64,000 nucleotides of DNA from Trichoplax adhaerens. Its lineage: Eukaryota; Animalia; Placozoa. The number at the start of each line of letters is the position of its first letter. Position 1 is the stretch's first letter. The stretch spans positions 4,400,319 through 4,464,318 of the forward strand of contig NW_002060949.1 in the NCBI RefSeq assembly GCF_000150275.1. Reading direction: 5' to 3'. Shown in pieces: positions 40,831-55,800 of the stretch. The notes below the pieces were generated by a model. The model was given only the letters and a program-made list of their open reading frames with translations. It was not told where the DNA came from and did not search any database. Position numbers and translations under genes: made by a program.

Positions 40831-43800
40831 TCAGCTATCTGCTTTATCGCTCTTTTCTGGTGCTTGTGATCTTGTTAAAATTGCGTTTGTCAGCCATATT
40901 ACAGGAGAAAATACGTGACATGTTAATACCCTTGATGTAAAAAATTTAGTAATAATTAGTATAATTTGAACTACAAAGTAGATACATATTTTATCTGGGA
41001 ACTGTATCGCATTTTAATTATTTTATTTTCAAACTAAACAATGTTCATAATTAATATATTTTGGTACAATGTAGTAGTATTACTCGAATTTGTTAACATT
41101 GAAGGGTGAAGTAGCCGCAGCACTGCAGATCAGCAAAGGAAAGAAGACGGAAAATACGCATGAACTATAAAATTTCAGAAACATATATTTATTATAGCAA
41201 TGCCTATGGAAATGATCGGTGTCATAGGGTATACTGGTCGAAAATAACGTAGCTTATATATATGGTAATTTGTAACCTTATAAAGAAAGATTCTGGTATA
41301 TAAGTTAAAATAGCTAATGGTAGTCCAAAGCCGCAATAAAAAGGTAGATTATATTCAATTCTGTATAGTCTTTCCTGAACAAGAAAACCTACATAAACAA
41401 ATTCGTTACGTATGAAAACCACTCAATTATGGGCGTAGAAGAGAAGTAGTAAGTAAATAAATTCTGACTGAAGTAATATATATTTGCTCAAATTTTCATT
41501 ACCCATGTTAATCCACTTATATTCGTAGGCATACAACGAATATAATATAGCCATTTGAAGTATACAAATTGCTCTACCAATGACAGGTATAAAATCAAAA
41601 ATTGATCCCTATTATAATGTTATGTATAGCAGTTTTAGTACATCAAGGTTAATACTGTAGATTGTGTCAGTACAACATTTATTAACTTACTTGCAATAGG
41701 AAGAAAAATTCAACCAAAAGACTGAAAAAAAAGTCCGCTATTATCCTACTACCGGCTTCCACTAGACTGCGTACCGAAGAGTTATAGGATTAGATTGAAT
41801 GCGAAATAAGGAATTTAATATAGCATAAAAGTTACTGAATACTATAATACATGCATTAGTTGCTACTACTTTTCTTGAACGTTCTAACACCAAAGTATAT
41901 GCAGAGAATACCACTGCCGTATAAGTACAATAAATTAAAAGAATACTTAGTTTAAGAATAATTATATTATTTATGGCTGTTTTATGTTTTTGACACTTAG
42001 GAGGTTAAAATTAAACTGATTAACATCAATAGCTAAATAACGAAATAAATCTAGTAACAGGACGTAAGATTGACATTATGATTTATGAATGCCAGCTATA
42101 ATATAAGAATTTTAATCCAATCAACCTGCTACTTTTGGTTGTCAGTGTTGGTTTTGGCCGACCTCTGTTAGATTGATACGAGTGGATAGCAATTTCCTGC
42201 ATTATGTAGGTTAAGAATACAGTTAATAGATTATATAATGGTCAAGAAACAATAAATGACTAATGATGCGGCTTAACATATGACCAACAAGATAGATTAA
42301 GAAAAAAATATTTGCCGTGTCTACATATAATGAGTATTGTAATAGATTACCAATTGGTTAACATTTCAAGTTATCAAGTATATAATTATGAGTAATTTTT
42401 GTAGTATTAATTAACTTTAAAATTACCTGAAACCAAAAACTGTTTAAAGGCTTGCTAAGCCAGAATAGAGGGATAACCCACAACATTTTAAATGTGTACG
42501 ATAGCAAAGTTTCTATCCAGAACCATAATTGTATGTGATACGATGAATCTGGTATGAATATACCTAGAGTTAAAAAGTATATATAAACAGAATTATTAAC
42601 TCATCTACACTACAGACAGACCTATTCTTGTCTACATCCTAAAGATGAAGGCGTTAAATATTGTTTAAAATCTATTTGATAACAACACATTATGTATCTT
42701 GCAGTCCATGAAAGGCGATAAAGAATTGATAATGTACTGTAAATTCGTAACAAAAAACGATGATTGGATATGATTATTATTGCTGTCCTGTTTATGGCAT
42801 ACCGAATACGGCTTGTGTGATGTACTTCAGAAAAGGGATTAATCCATGGTCAAAGAACAGTATGCTAAGCTGTAAAAAAAATTTTAACAACTTGGTTGTC
42901 GATTTTCTTACATTGATCCTCATAATTACATATTGAGAAGTTACTTGTTGGCCTTAAATCATATAATACGTGAAATTACACTTATTCTATTACATATAGG
43001 ATACTTTAAAATTCTATCCGAGAAGAAGTAGGTGTAAGATTGAGTAGTCAATACTATACACATGTACAGTAATGTAGCCAATGGTTGAATTTTGCAAGAT
43101 AGATCTTATACGTTATTATTACTATCATTTCATATCATTGATAGTTATTATATCGCCAAAGTGTAAAAAATACTTATAACAATTGCACACATCTTTACAG
43201 TATTTGTCATGTCATACTAAACTGGTTTATATAGCAAGGCGGTAGCTAAAGTAGTAAGCTACATTTTGGACATAATTTAAGTAAGTACTATTTCATTTAA
43301 GGTTTTATAAAGTTATGAACATACTCCAAAGACTCCACCATTCAAAAGTCCACATTGCAGTATTTTACTAGTGATGGGATTGAGTTTCAGCCACGCGTTG
43401 CTATTGGAAAAGAAGAGTTTAAAGATTGATTATCGATTAGTTGATATAAAGTTCAGTTGAATGACGGTGTATGTAAATATTAGGGCAGGATGTGGAATTC
43501 TGCCCGTAACATTAATCTATAGATATAGATATATATATATATATATATATGGTATAATCCAGTATGGTCGTGCACTATTACTTGTAAGAACCTTAATCTA
43601 TAAAAATCATCTATTAATCAATGTGTTTTGATTACGATGATTTCATCCAAGTAATCGACGAAGGCTAGGCATAACAACGGTATCAAAATGGAGTGGATAA
43701 CTGTATAATTTATTTTATAATTGTCAATCATAGTAAGTACCGGTATTGCTCGTATTCATACTAGGAGCTAGTAGCAATGGGAGAGTCGAGAAGGCATTAC

Positions 43801-44301
43801 AGTAGCCTAATGCGATCATTCGCTTTCTATTTTATAACCGTTGTAGTCCAGTTTACAAGTACAGTACGAGTATTGATATAATGAATAGGTGTAGAGTAGA
43901 CGTTCATACGCGTACGTGCTATACGTACGCGTATGTTATGCTGTTAAAAGTGTTTAGACTTCAGATTGAGATCTACAGAGTCAATTCAATAATATTTACC
44001 AATACATAATCCTTAACTATGAGCAGCATGTCGATATCAAAAATGATCCTTTCTAAAGACATCCTGCATTTTGTAATAAGATCAACTACAGAATAAATGA
44101 TCGTAGTGTAAATAGTGTATATACACATACATACTTGATCCTCTTTCGATCATAATTTTCTCTTTGATCGCTTGGAGATTGATTTCTATTACCGCTTGCA
44201 CTGGTCGCTGTTATAGTTTGGGCTACTCCAATCAGTGATTGCTTAAAGCCTTCTATAAACCAATAAAGAAGAGCATACATCGATTTTTGATAGAATTCCA
44301 T
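40831..44301 (-). CDS. EI24: Etoposide-induced protein 2.4 homolog (ER membrane autophagy protein), ~10 exons
   Basis: First exon 44135-44301. Spliced segments KILQCGLLNGGVFG (~43325-43400), LWVIPLFWLSKPLNSFWFQEIA, RIIADFFFSLL, LYSLYAYEYKWINMG, RLYRIEYNLPFYCGFGLPLAILT, CVFSVFFPLLICSA. Last exon HVFSPVIWLTN..., with TGA at 40831-40833. Some internal junctions are approximate. Confidence 0.92.
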
Positions 44302-44416
44302 GATCTACATGATTTTTCAACAGTAACGAATAAGTTGAGGAGCAAGAAGTGGTCAGTGGTCAACTAAGTGATTGAAATGGACAATTTTTGAAAATGTAAA
44401 TAGTAAAATCGGTCAA

Positions 44417-45075
44417 CTTTAGTTTCAGTATACTGTAGTGTACTGTACAGTGTACAGTACACTGCTGGGCTGTATACTGTAGACTGTAGACTGTAGGGTA
44501 ATCAAAATGATGAACCGTCTCTCAGTGTTTCTGTATCTTAGAATGCCAATAACTACAGTACTGTAAGCCACGTTTCTATTACTGTACAGTGTACAGTATA
44601 GTACACTACTAGACTGTAGACTGTAGAGTAATCAAAATGGTGAACGGTCTCTCAATGTTTCTGTATCTTAGAATGCCAATAACTGCCAATAACTACTGTA
44701 CGTACTGTACAGTACAGTACAGTAAGCCCCGTTTCTATTACAGTACATACTGTACTGTACTGTACTTTAGTTTCAGTATACTGTACTGTACAGTACAGTA
44801 CAGTACAGTACACTACTAGACTGAAGACTGTAGACTGTAGAGTAATCAAAATGGTGAAAGGTCTCTCAGTGTTTCTGTATCTTAGAATGCCAATAACTAC
44901 TGTACAGTACTGTACTGCAAGCCCCGTTTCGTTTCTATTACTTTAGTTTCAGTATACTGTACAGTACACTACTAGACTGTACAGTACAGTACAGTAGAGT
45001 AATCAAAATGGTGAACGGTCTCTCAATGTTTCTGTATCTTAGAATGCCAATAACTACTGTAAGCCCCCCTTCTAT
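44417..45075. repeat. Four-copy tandem repeat with variable-length TACAG/TACTG insertions, in the EI24-SQLE divergent region
   Basis: The core GTAATCAAAATGGTGAACGGTCTCTCAATGTTTCTGTATCTTAGAATGCCAATAAC starts at 44498, 44628, 44842 and 44999 (periods 130, 214, 157). Confidence 0.92.
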
Positions 45076-45228
45076 AGTGTAGTACCTATGACACAGAATA
45101 GCTATGTTTGGACTATACTGATTACTGTACGCTGCTCAGTAGTTGAATTTTATTTTTAGATTGGGCATGGACGAAGCCGTACACAGTACATTATTCAGTC
45201 ATGCAATAAGAAGTCTCAGCGTGTGGTC

Positions 45229-45779
45229 ACGGCGTGATGAACATGGACTGATTGCACAGCAAGGCAAGCAAATAACCATGTGCACCAATACGGTACTGTA
45301 TGATACCATCTCATGGATTAGTACGGTACAGTACGGTAGGATCTGCACAAGACCATGGACAGCATTTTATCTCTACTGAATACAGTACGTTTAACACTGT
45401 ACATTGTACTGTACCACTGACGGGCACTGTACCAGACAGTTCTGATAACTGTACGCTTAATACAGTACCACTGCCGGGTACTGTACCAGATATTTCCAAG
45501 GACTGTACCGTACTGTACGATACTCGTTTACGTAGTGCTGGTGGTGCGATCCCTATTTAAATATCAATTATGATGTCAATACATCATGTGATGATGCATG
45601 ACAATAACGCTGGCTTTTCACCCCCCGTATCAACGTACCATTGAAGTGTTACACCGCACTGGATGGGTGAGACGGGTGAGGTCATACCACTCTCATCCCC
45701 ACGTCCACTGGCAAGAGGTCACGCACGGAAAGCCTCGTCCAATACTAATAGACTGTGATCCATACTGTACTCCACCAAT
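45229..45779. promoter_or_regulatory. SQLE proximal region with SRE-like elements and CCAAT boxes
   Basis: ATCACGCCGT (rc 45229-45238), ATCGCACCAC (rc 45541-45550), TTCACCCCCC (45617), GTCATACCAC (45681), CTCATCCCCAC (45692); CCAAT at 45285, 45739 and 45775. Motif resemblance only. Confidence 0.5.
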
Positions 45780-45833
45780 TTGGACATTTTCGTGGATAAC
45801 ATCGACAAGCTTGATAAACGCCGACTGGTAGCC

Positions 45834-49887
<4,054 letters not shown>

Positions 49888-50910
49888 AACTTGTACGCAC
49901 TTGACAGTTTTTTTTGTGGCATTTTAATATGATATATAATTTATAGAAAAGAGCCTTTAAAAGTTCGATGGAAAAATATGTCCTTATTAGACTATATAAC
50001 GATAAGCCTGTAATTATGTTGCTGTATTCCTGCGCTTACTTTTTGTTATATTTATGGTTTTCATATTGATACTTATAATCTTAAAAATATCTCTTTGTTA
50101 GATAGTTATTATAAAGCAGTATGTTTTATGTACCCACTGTACAGTAAATCAAGGCTAGGCTACATAACACTTTACACAAAGCAACTGCAATTTCACGTGT
50201 AATGTATGGTGTACTAAAAGCGATTGTGAAAAATGTAGATTTTTATTCATCCATAAAACATATTCTGTCTCAAGCAGTAAAAGTAATCAGATTAGCGCAG
50301 ATTGCATATTATCTTAATTTCAGCTTGTATAGTAACTACATACACGATAAAATTATGACTTCCTGTAACATGAATTAATTCACGGTACATATTGACTGAT
50401 TCAACTGAGTGAAATTTACCTTGCGTAAGAGACTGTTTTAGTTTTTAGCATTTGAGGAGATTCTTCTCACATTTACAGTATGAAATAAAGCTAGCATAAC
50501 TGTTAAGCTGGTCTTCTCGCAAGATTCAAGACTTATAATGTTCTATTAAAATTTAATAAAACTTGGGTCAAACTTTAATACGTTCGCTATCGATGCTATT
50601 AAATGGGTATAACGGCTAGTTCATTAAGTAGTTATCAAGACCTATGTACAGCGTAAGCCAGAAAAATTATTATATACAGTATCTATCAATTATAGAATTA
50701 TTTCAAAAAGTCGATAATTTTCGAGTTTACCATAAGAACAATCGTTCAAGCAGTTTACGGTATGCCTTGTATACCAAGCGGTACGGCTTCTTCGTAGGAA
50801 ATTAATAGATTTACACAGGTTACGGAACGCATCGTACGACGTATGCTGTGTAATGCAGCATCTCTGGAGAAGAGGATATATGGATCATCTGGGTGGAAGG
50901 CAACCATCGA

Positions 50911-52257
50911 TTATTGCTTGTCGTCGTTCTTAAACTGTGATAATAATAGTGATACCTCCATTTTGTTGTATTTGATTAGAAATTTTTGACAGGAACGAAT
51001 AGTGCCTAGAGTATAGTGTAATTGAATTATATCTATCTTAATTGCATAAGATTTCAGAGTAGTATTAAAAAAATATACAGTGTTTCAGTTTGCCAACAGC
51101 TAAATTCTACATTATATTTATCACACCATCTACTAATATATGCAAATACGAGAACAGTGTGATGAACAGGCTATGCAATATCAATTAAAGATGATATTAT
51201 ACATTACTGTACATACAGTATCTTAAAAACTTTATAATACATCCCTATGAATTTTACACAGCACTAAATATCAAAGATAGCTAAACTATAAATCCAAAGA
51301 TACCAATTAATATCATACCTCCTAAGTGTAGGGTGCGAAAAAAGCAGCTACAATTGTTGAGCGATTTAATGAAGGTAATAGCACACCATACCATTCGAAA
51401 ATAGTTACGATTGCAGCGTATAAACGCAATCTTTGTTTGGACATTTAGATATTTGACTATCAATATAGAAATTAATTTTAATGTAAAAGTTGTAATGAGA
51501 CATTCTCATTCTCATCGTAGCATAGCAGAATAATCAATATTTTAAATACAAGAAAATATTACATTTACAATAGATGTATAATTATGATCATTTCTTTACT
51601 ATAAAATCAATCATTCTAGTCGACGCCTACTGTAAACTATACAAATATGAGTAAGCTAAAATTTATATCATTTATTCATTACTAATAAGTTTCGACTTCT
51701 GTGTGCTCATTGCATACTGTAGCACAACTACTGTGAACTATTTTGATCCTTACGCTTGTTATAATTATTAAACATGTGCAATGTTGCTACACCTGTTGAC
51801 GGTAATAGCATAGATATACAGCATGCTGTATGTCCTCTGATCACTCTATGATTAATATATGTATTGGTATAATTTTAGCTGTTTAAAAATTGACTTTCCA
51901 TACCTGTTAAAGAACTTGTTATACAAGATAAGCCATAATCTCCATATAACATGCCAATAGCCTCTTTGATAGCTCGATACAGAATAGCACCCGTTAACAT
52001 AGAATCAGCCAGCTTTTCATCTTCGTAAATAATTTCAGTTAGTAAATACCTATAAGAAGTGGAAATACGTATAAATTTCTATTTTATAGCACTTATACAA
52101 TAAAGCAATAGTATATTTTCGTGAGCATCCAAGTATTTCGCACAGTTTAACGATTAATTAATGAATATAATTATTATTTTAGTACAGCAATGCTAGCTGC
52201 TCTGGAATCGGTGATATTAATGCGTTTGCAGTATTACCTGTTTTTAAACCTGACCAT
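50911..52257 (-). CDS. POP5: RNase P/MRP protein subunit POP5, 4 exons, 132 aa
   Basis: Exons 52238-52257, 51904-52049, 51319-51456 and 50911-51005 join in frame (399 nt): MVRFKNRYLL...YGDYG...VKYLNVQTKIAFIRC...TLHLGGTIRSCQKFLIKYN. Confidence 0.94.
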
Positions 52258-52439
52258 ATTACTGTATTGTATAAGTAATTGCTTTGATATTTAAAAATTA
52301 ATCAAAAAGCCAATATTGATGCCTCAAATTTTTCAAAAAGTAAAGATGGATCTCAATCAGCAATTCAATCGATCGAAATTTCAATCGATCAATTTATCTA
52401 TCGAAGAACTAATTGCAAACAAGATTTTGCATCACTGCT

Positions 52440-52692
52440 GCTCTGTACTGTACAGTACAGTACAGGATACTGTAGTTACAGACTACAGTACAGTAATTAA
52501 TACGCGAATCATAAGACTACTAGATAAATCCCTAAATTTAATAGTCCAGTCGTGTACAGTTTTTTAAAGGCAGAGTACAGTACAGTACAGTAGTAGGGAC
52601 AAGTACAGTACAGTACACATTGCTGAAACAGTTCTACAGTATCCGTTTACAGTACTGTACTGTACTGTACTGTACTGTATTGACTGTGAGTA
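52440..52692. repeat. TACAG/TACTG island upstream of POP5
   Basis: Runs such as CAGTACAGTACAG and TACTGTACTGTACTGTACTGTACTG lie ~180-430 bp 5' of the POP5 ATG. Confidence 0.85.
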
Positions 52693-52710
52693 AATTCACT
52701 GTAGCGTCCT

Positions 52711-52841
52711 TTAACCCTTCGACGTTATCCTGCAGTTCTAGCACTATCCATTAGTCTTTTACAAGGTTTTAAAGCTAAAAAATCGCTTCGTTTTTGAAAG
52801 AATTTCTTCTTAAGGATAGTACTAAGCGTTCGAAGGGTTAA
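52711..52841. mobile_element. piggyBac-like MITE (123 bp between TTAA target duplications)
   Basis: TTAA|CCCTTCGACGTTA ... TAAGCGTTCGAAGGG|TTAA. TTAA TSD and CCC..GGG termini are piggyBac hallmarks. The perfect TIR is only 8 bp, extending with indels. Confidence 0.6.
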
Positions 52842-55800
52842 TGGAGTAAAAACGCAACCCGAACCCGATAAAATGGTTGATTTTCAAAGCCGAAAGGAGT
52901 GCAATCGCTATACAAACACTGTATCAGCACGGAATTACTCAACCCGAATCCCTCCTTTCGGGTTTGACTTTTAAGGACACTGATTCATTTTGTCTACTTG
53001 ACTTGACTATGAGTTGCTGCCCCTTTTATGACAGTGCTGTACGCTCAGTGGTATAAGTACTGTGGAAAAAAAAGACCCGATGACTCAATAGATAGAATAC
53101 TGTACAGTATAGTGCTTAGCAGTGTACTGCATTGGTAGCTAGAACTCAGAAGTCAGCAGACTACCGGTAGTGTTGCAAAATACTTCATGAAGGAATGAAT
53201 GAAAAAGGATGATAGTTATTAGTTATTAATGAGTTAATAATGAATAGTAATTATGATTAATCAATGGATGACATATAGATGCTTTCTTGTGAGATCCCTT
53301 ATATTTTTAATTCGTCCATCCGATTCTGGTATTAGTTTATTAATTTGTATCGCTTATTGGCTATACTATCTCGAATGTAATACGTAAGAAAGCAGCGAAA
53401 TAGTAGCTAGGATTAAACTTATCTTCTCTATCAAGTGTTAATAAGTTCGAAATTTACACTAGTTACACTATCAACTATCATGTAATACTGTAAACGTATC
53501 ACTATGTATATTTATACTGCATAGGGTATGAAATTACTCAACTTTATAACAGATCTTAAACATTTTAAATTGAAAGTAAGTCAGCCACCGTCGCTCCTAA
53601 ACAGCACGAATATAATATCGTGTAGTACATCCGAAGTATCAGATAATGTTATCATTAATTCCAAAATGTTATCTTTTGAGTGATCAGATGTAATTGATTT
53701 GCTGTTTAATCAATTTTACTTAGATCTCATTTCGTCAACCGTTGAAATGAGAATTACTATAAAATACTAGTCGCCCTCGTATAAAATTAGAGTTTAGTCA
53801 GGGAAGTATTAGTTGTTAATCATTACCATTCATTGACTAAAGCCGAGAAATTTTGAAATTTTAATGCGATACCTTGATGATGACACTGGGGTGAAATACA
53901 AGTGATAGAACTTTCACCAGCATAAAAAATAAAAATTTATTGCAGTTTACAATATTGATAGTTCATTGATTGATGATAGTATCATACTGCTTAATTGCTT
54001 ATATTAACATCAGCCATCATACCCGAGCTGTTATTCTTCGGTGAAATTACTTACGTATTTGTCATTCTATAACCGTAAGAGATGTTGGTAACGCCTAGGT
54101 TGTACTATACTACGTTCCAGAAATTAAATCATCCCGATATGATAGGCTTTATAAAGTAATGTATATATATATATATATATATGTACACTATAAATACGTG
54201 TGATTATCGTAATACTCGGTTGTATTCGAGCGCTCGTGTATCTAGGAAAGTATCTAATTAAAGAAGGTGCAGTATGACTACTGCCAATACTCCCATTTTA
54301 TTGTAGATAGTAACTCCAATTTCGGGATTGAATGAACGGCAGTTAACTCACCGCATAATACAATACCGGAATAGGATGACTAATTGCAATAAGTAATAAA
54401 AGATTGCTAGAATATGTATATATATTGTAAGCAAACTGTAACTACCTTTGTTGCATTCTGGATATGCATACAGGTATGTTCATCAAAATCTCTAATTCAC
54501 GAGTTTTTACACGAAAATTAGTTGAAATATATTCTTACGATGAATTTTATAATACTCTGGTTGAGATATTTTATTTACAATTAATAGATAGTGTATTAAA
54601 TTGTAACAATGACACATTTTAGTTTATATTGTAAGGTATGAGCTGGATTTTACTTCAGGATGTCATAAAACTAGATAGGTTTAGATATATTCGTATATTA
54701 TCTCTGGTACGAGGGGAAAAGAGAAAAAAATTAGATTTTAGATATAGTAATCACTGGGAGATTGGAAGTAGATATATTGTACTTCAATTATTCCAAGCAA
54801 ACATAGAACTAGTTAGAAACAATTATATCACGTACTATAGTTTTAATAACCCTTTAGAAGTCCTGGTGCATGAAACATACGCCATTCTCTCTTTACTTTT
54901 TCAAGCATTTCGCTTCCATTAGACGTGGCGACATAGGTAGATTATAATTAATTATATTGATGAGTCACTAGTACGCACTTAGATATACTTTTAATACTGA
55001 ATGATTTAAAGAATAACGTTTCCTTTTTTTATTAACTTAATTTGATATCTTCTCCAATAGACATAGTTAATTTACGTTACGGAGCTCGCGTAAATAATGA
55101 TAACATTGCACGATCTTTAAACTAGAAAGTTAGGTAATCATTTTACCAATATTAGCCATCAATATGATAAACTACTAAATATATTATCTATTTTCGATTT
55201 CTCTATTATCATTGCGAAAGAAAAGTGTGATATATCATCCATAAAGTGGAATAACCATCGAGTGTTAAGTATTTTCAGATAGAATATAGGCAATGAAAGG
55301 TCAGTTACTGTTATAATTGAATGACTTATATCTTGTTTTCAATTTTATAGTAAGATACTATGAATCATTTTAAACACAAATTTTTGTAAAGCAACTATGA
55401 AGAAATAATAATATTGCGTCTATCGTATCAAACTATGTATCGTGAGAAGAGAGTTTTACAATGAAATTTTGCTAACATAATAAGTATTTATTTATAACTG
55501 TAGCCATGTTGTATATGCAGATTTCAAATTGATTACAGTTTAATGACTAATTTTATACTTTTATAGAATCGTAGCGTACCGTACTCTTCAGCGGAGATTG
55601 TTGTAAACGTCTTTATGATATCAGAAGTTACTGGGCTGAAATCTTGAGATAGATTGTAGGATTTTATCCATTATGTCGTGTGGTTCATTTTGATCTGTCA
55701 ATTAGGGTTTGTCAAGATTAGATATGAAGAACTGAATTTTAGGTAATGCGATATCCTAATTACAGCTTGTTATCTATATTACATGATGGGCGCACATTTA

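Noticed and set aside
44417-45075. Constant blocks with variable spacers resembling a CRISPR array (also the subrepeats at 13353-13830)
   Set aside because: The context is eukaryotic with no cas genes, and the spacers are homologous low-complexity pentamer tracts rather than unique sequences.
44637-45560. ORFs rich in TVQYS/YCTV (also 13610-13798, 60743-61591, 62159-62341)
   Set aside because: They are translation artefacts of TACAG/TACTG repeats, open on both strands.
45598-45831. 77 aa ORF upstream of SQLE as a uORF
   Set aside because: The TSS is unknown. The ORF overlaps GC-richer motif-dense promoter-like DNA, where open frames arise by chance.
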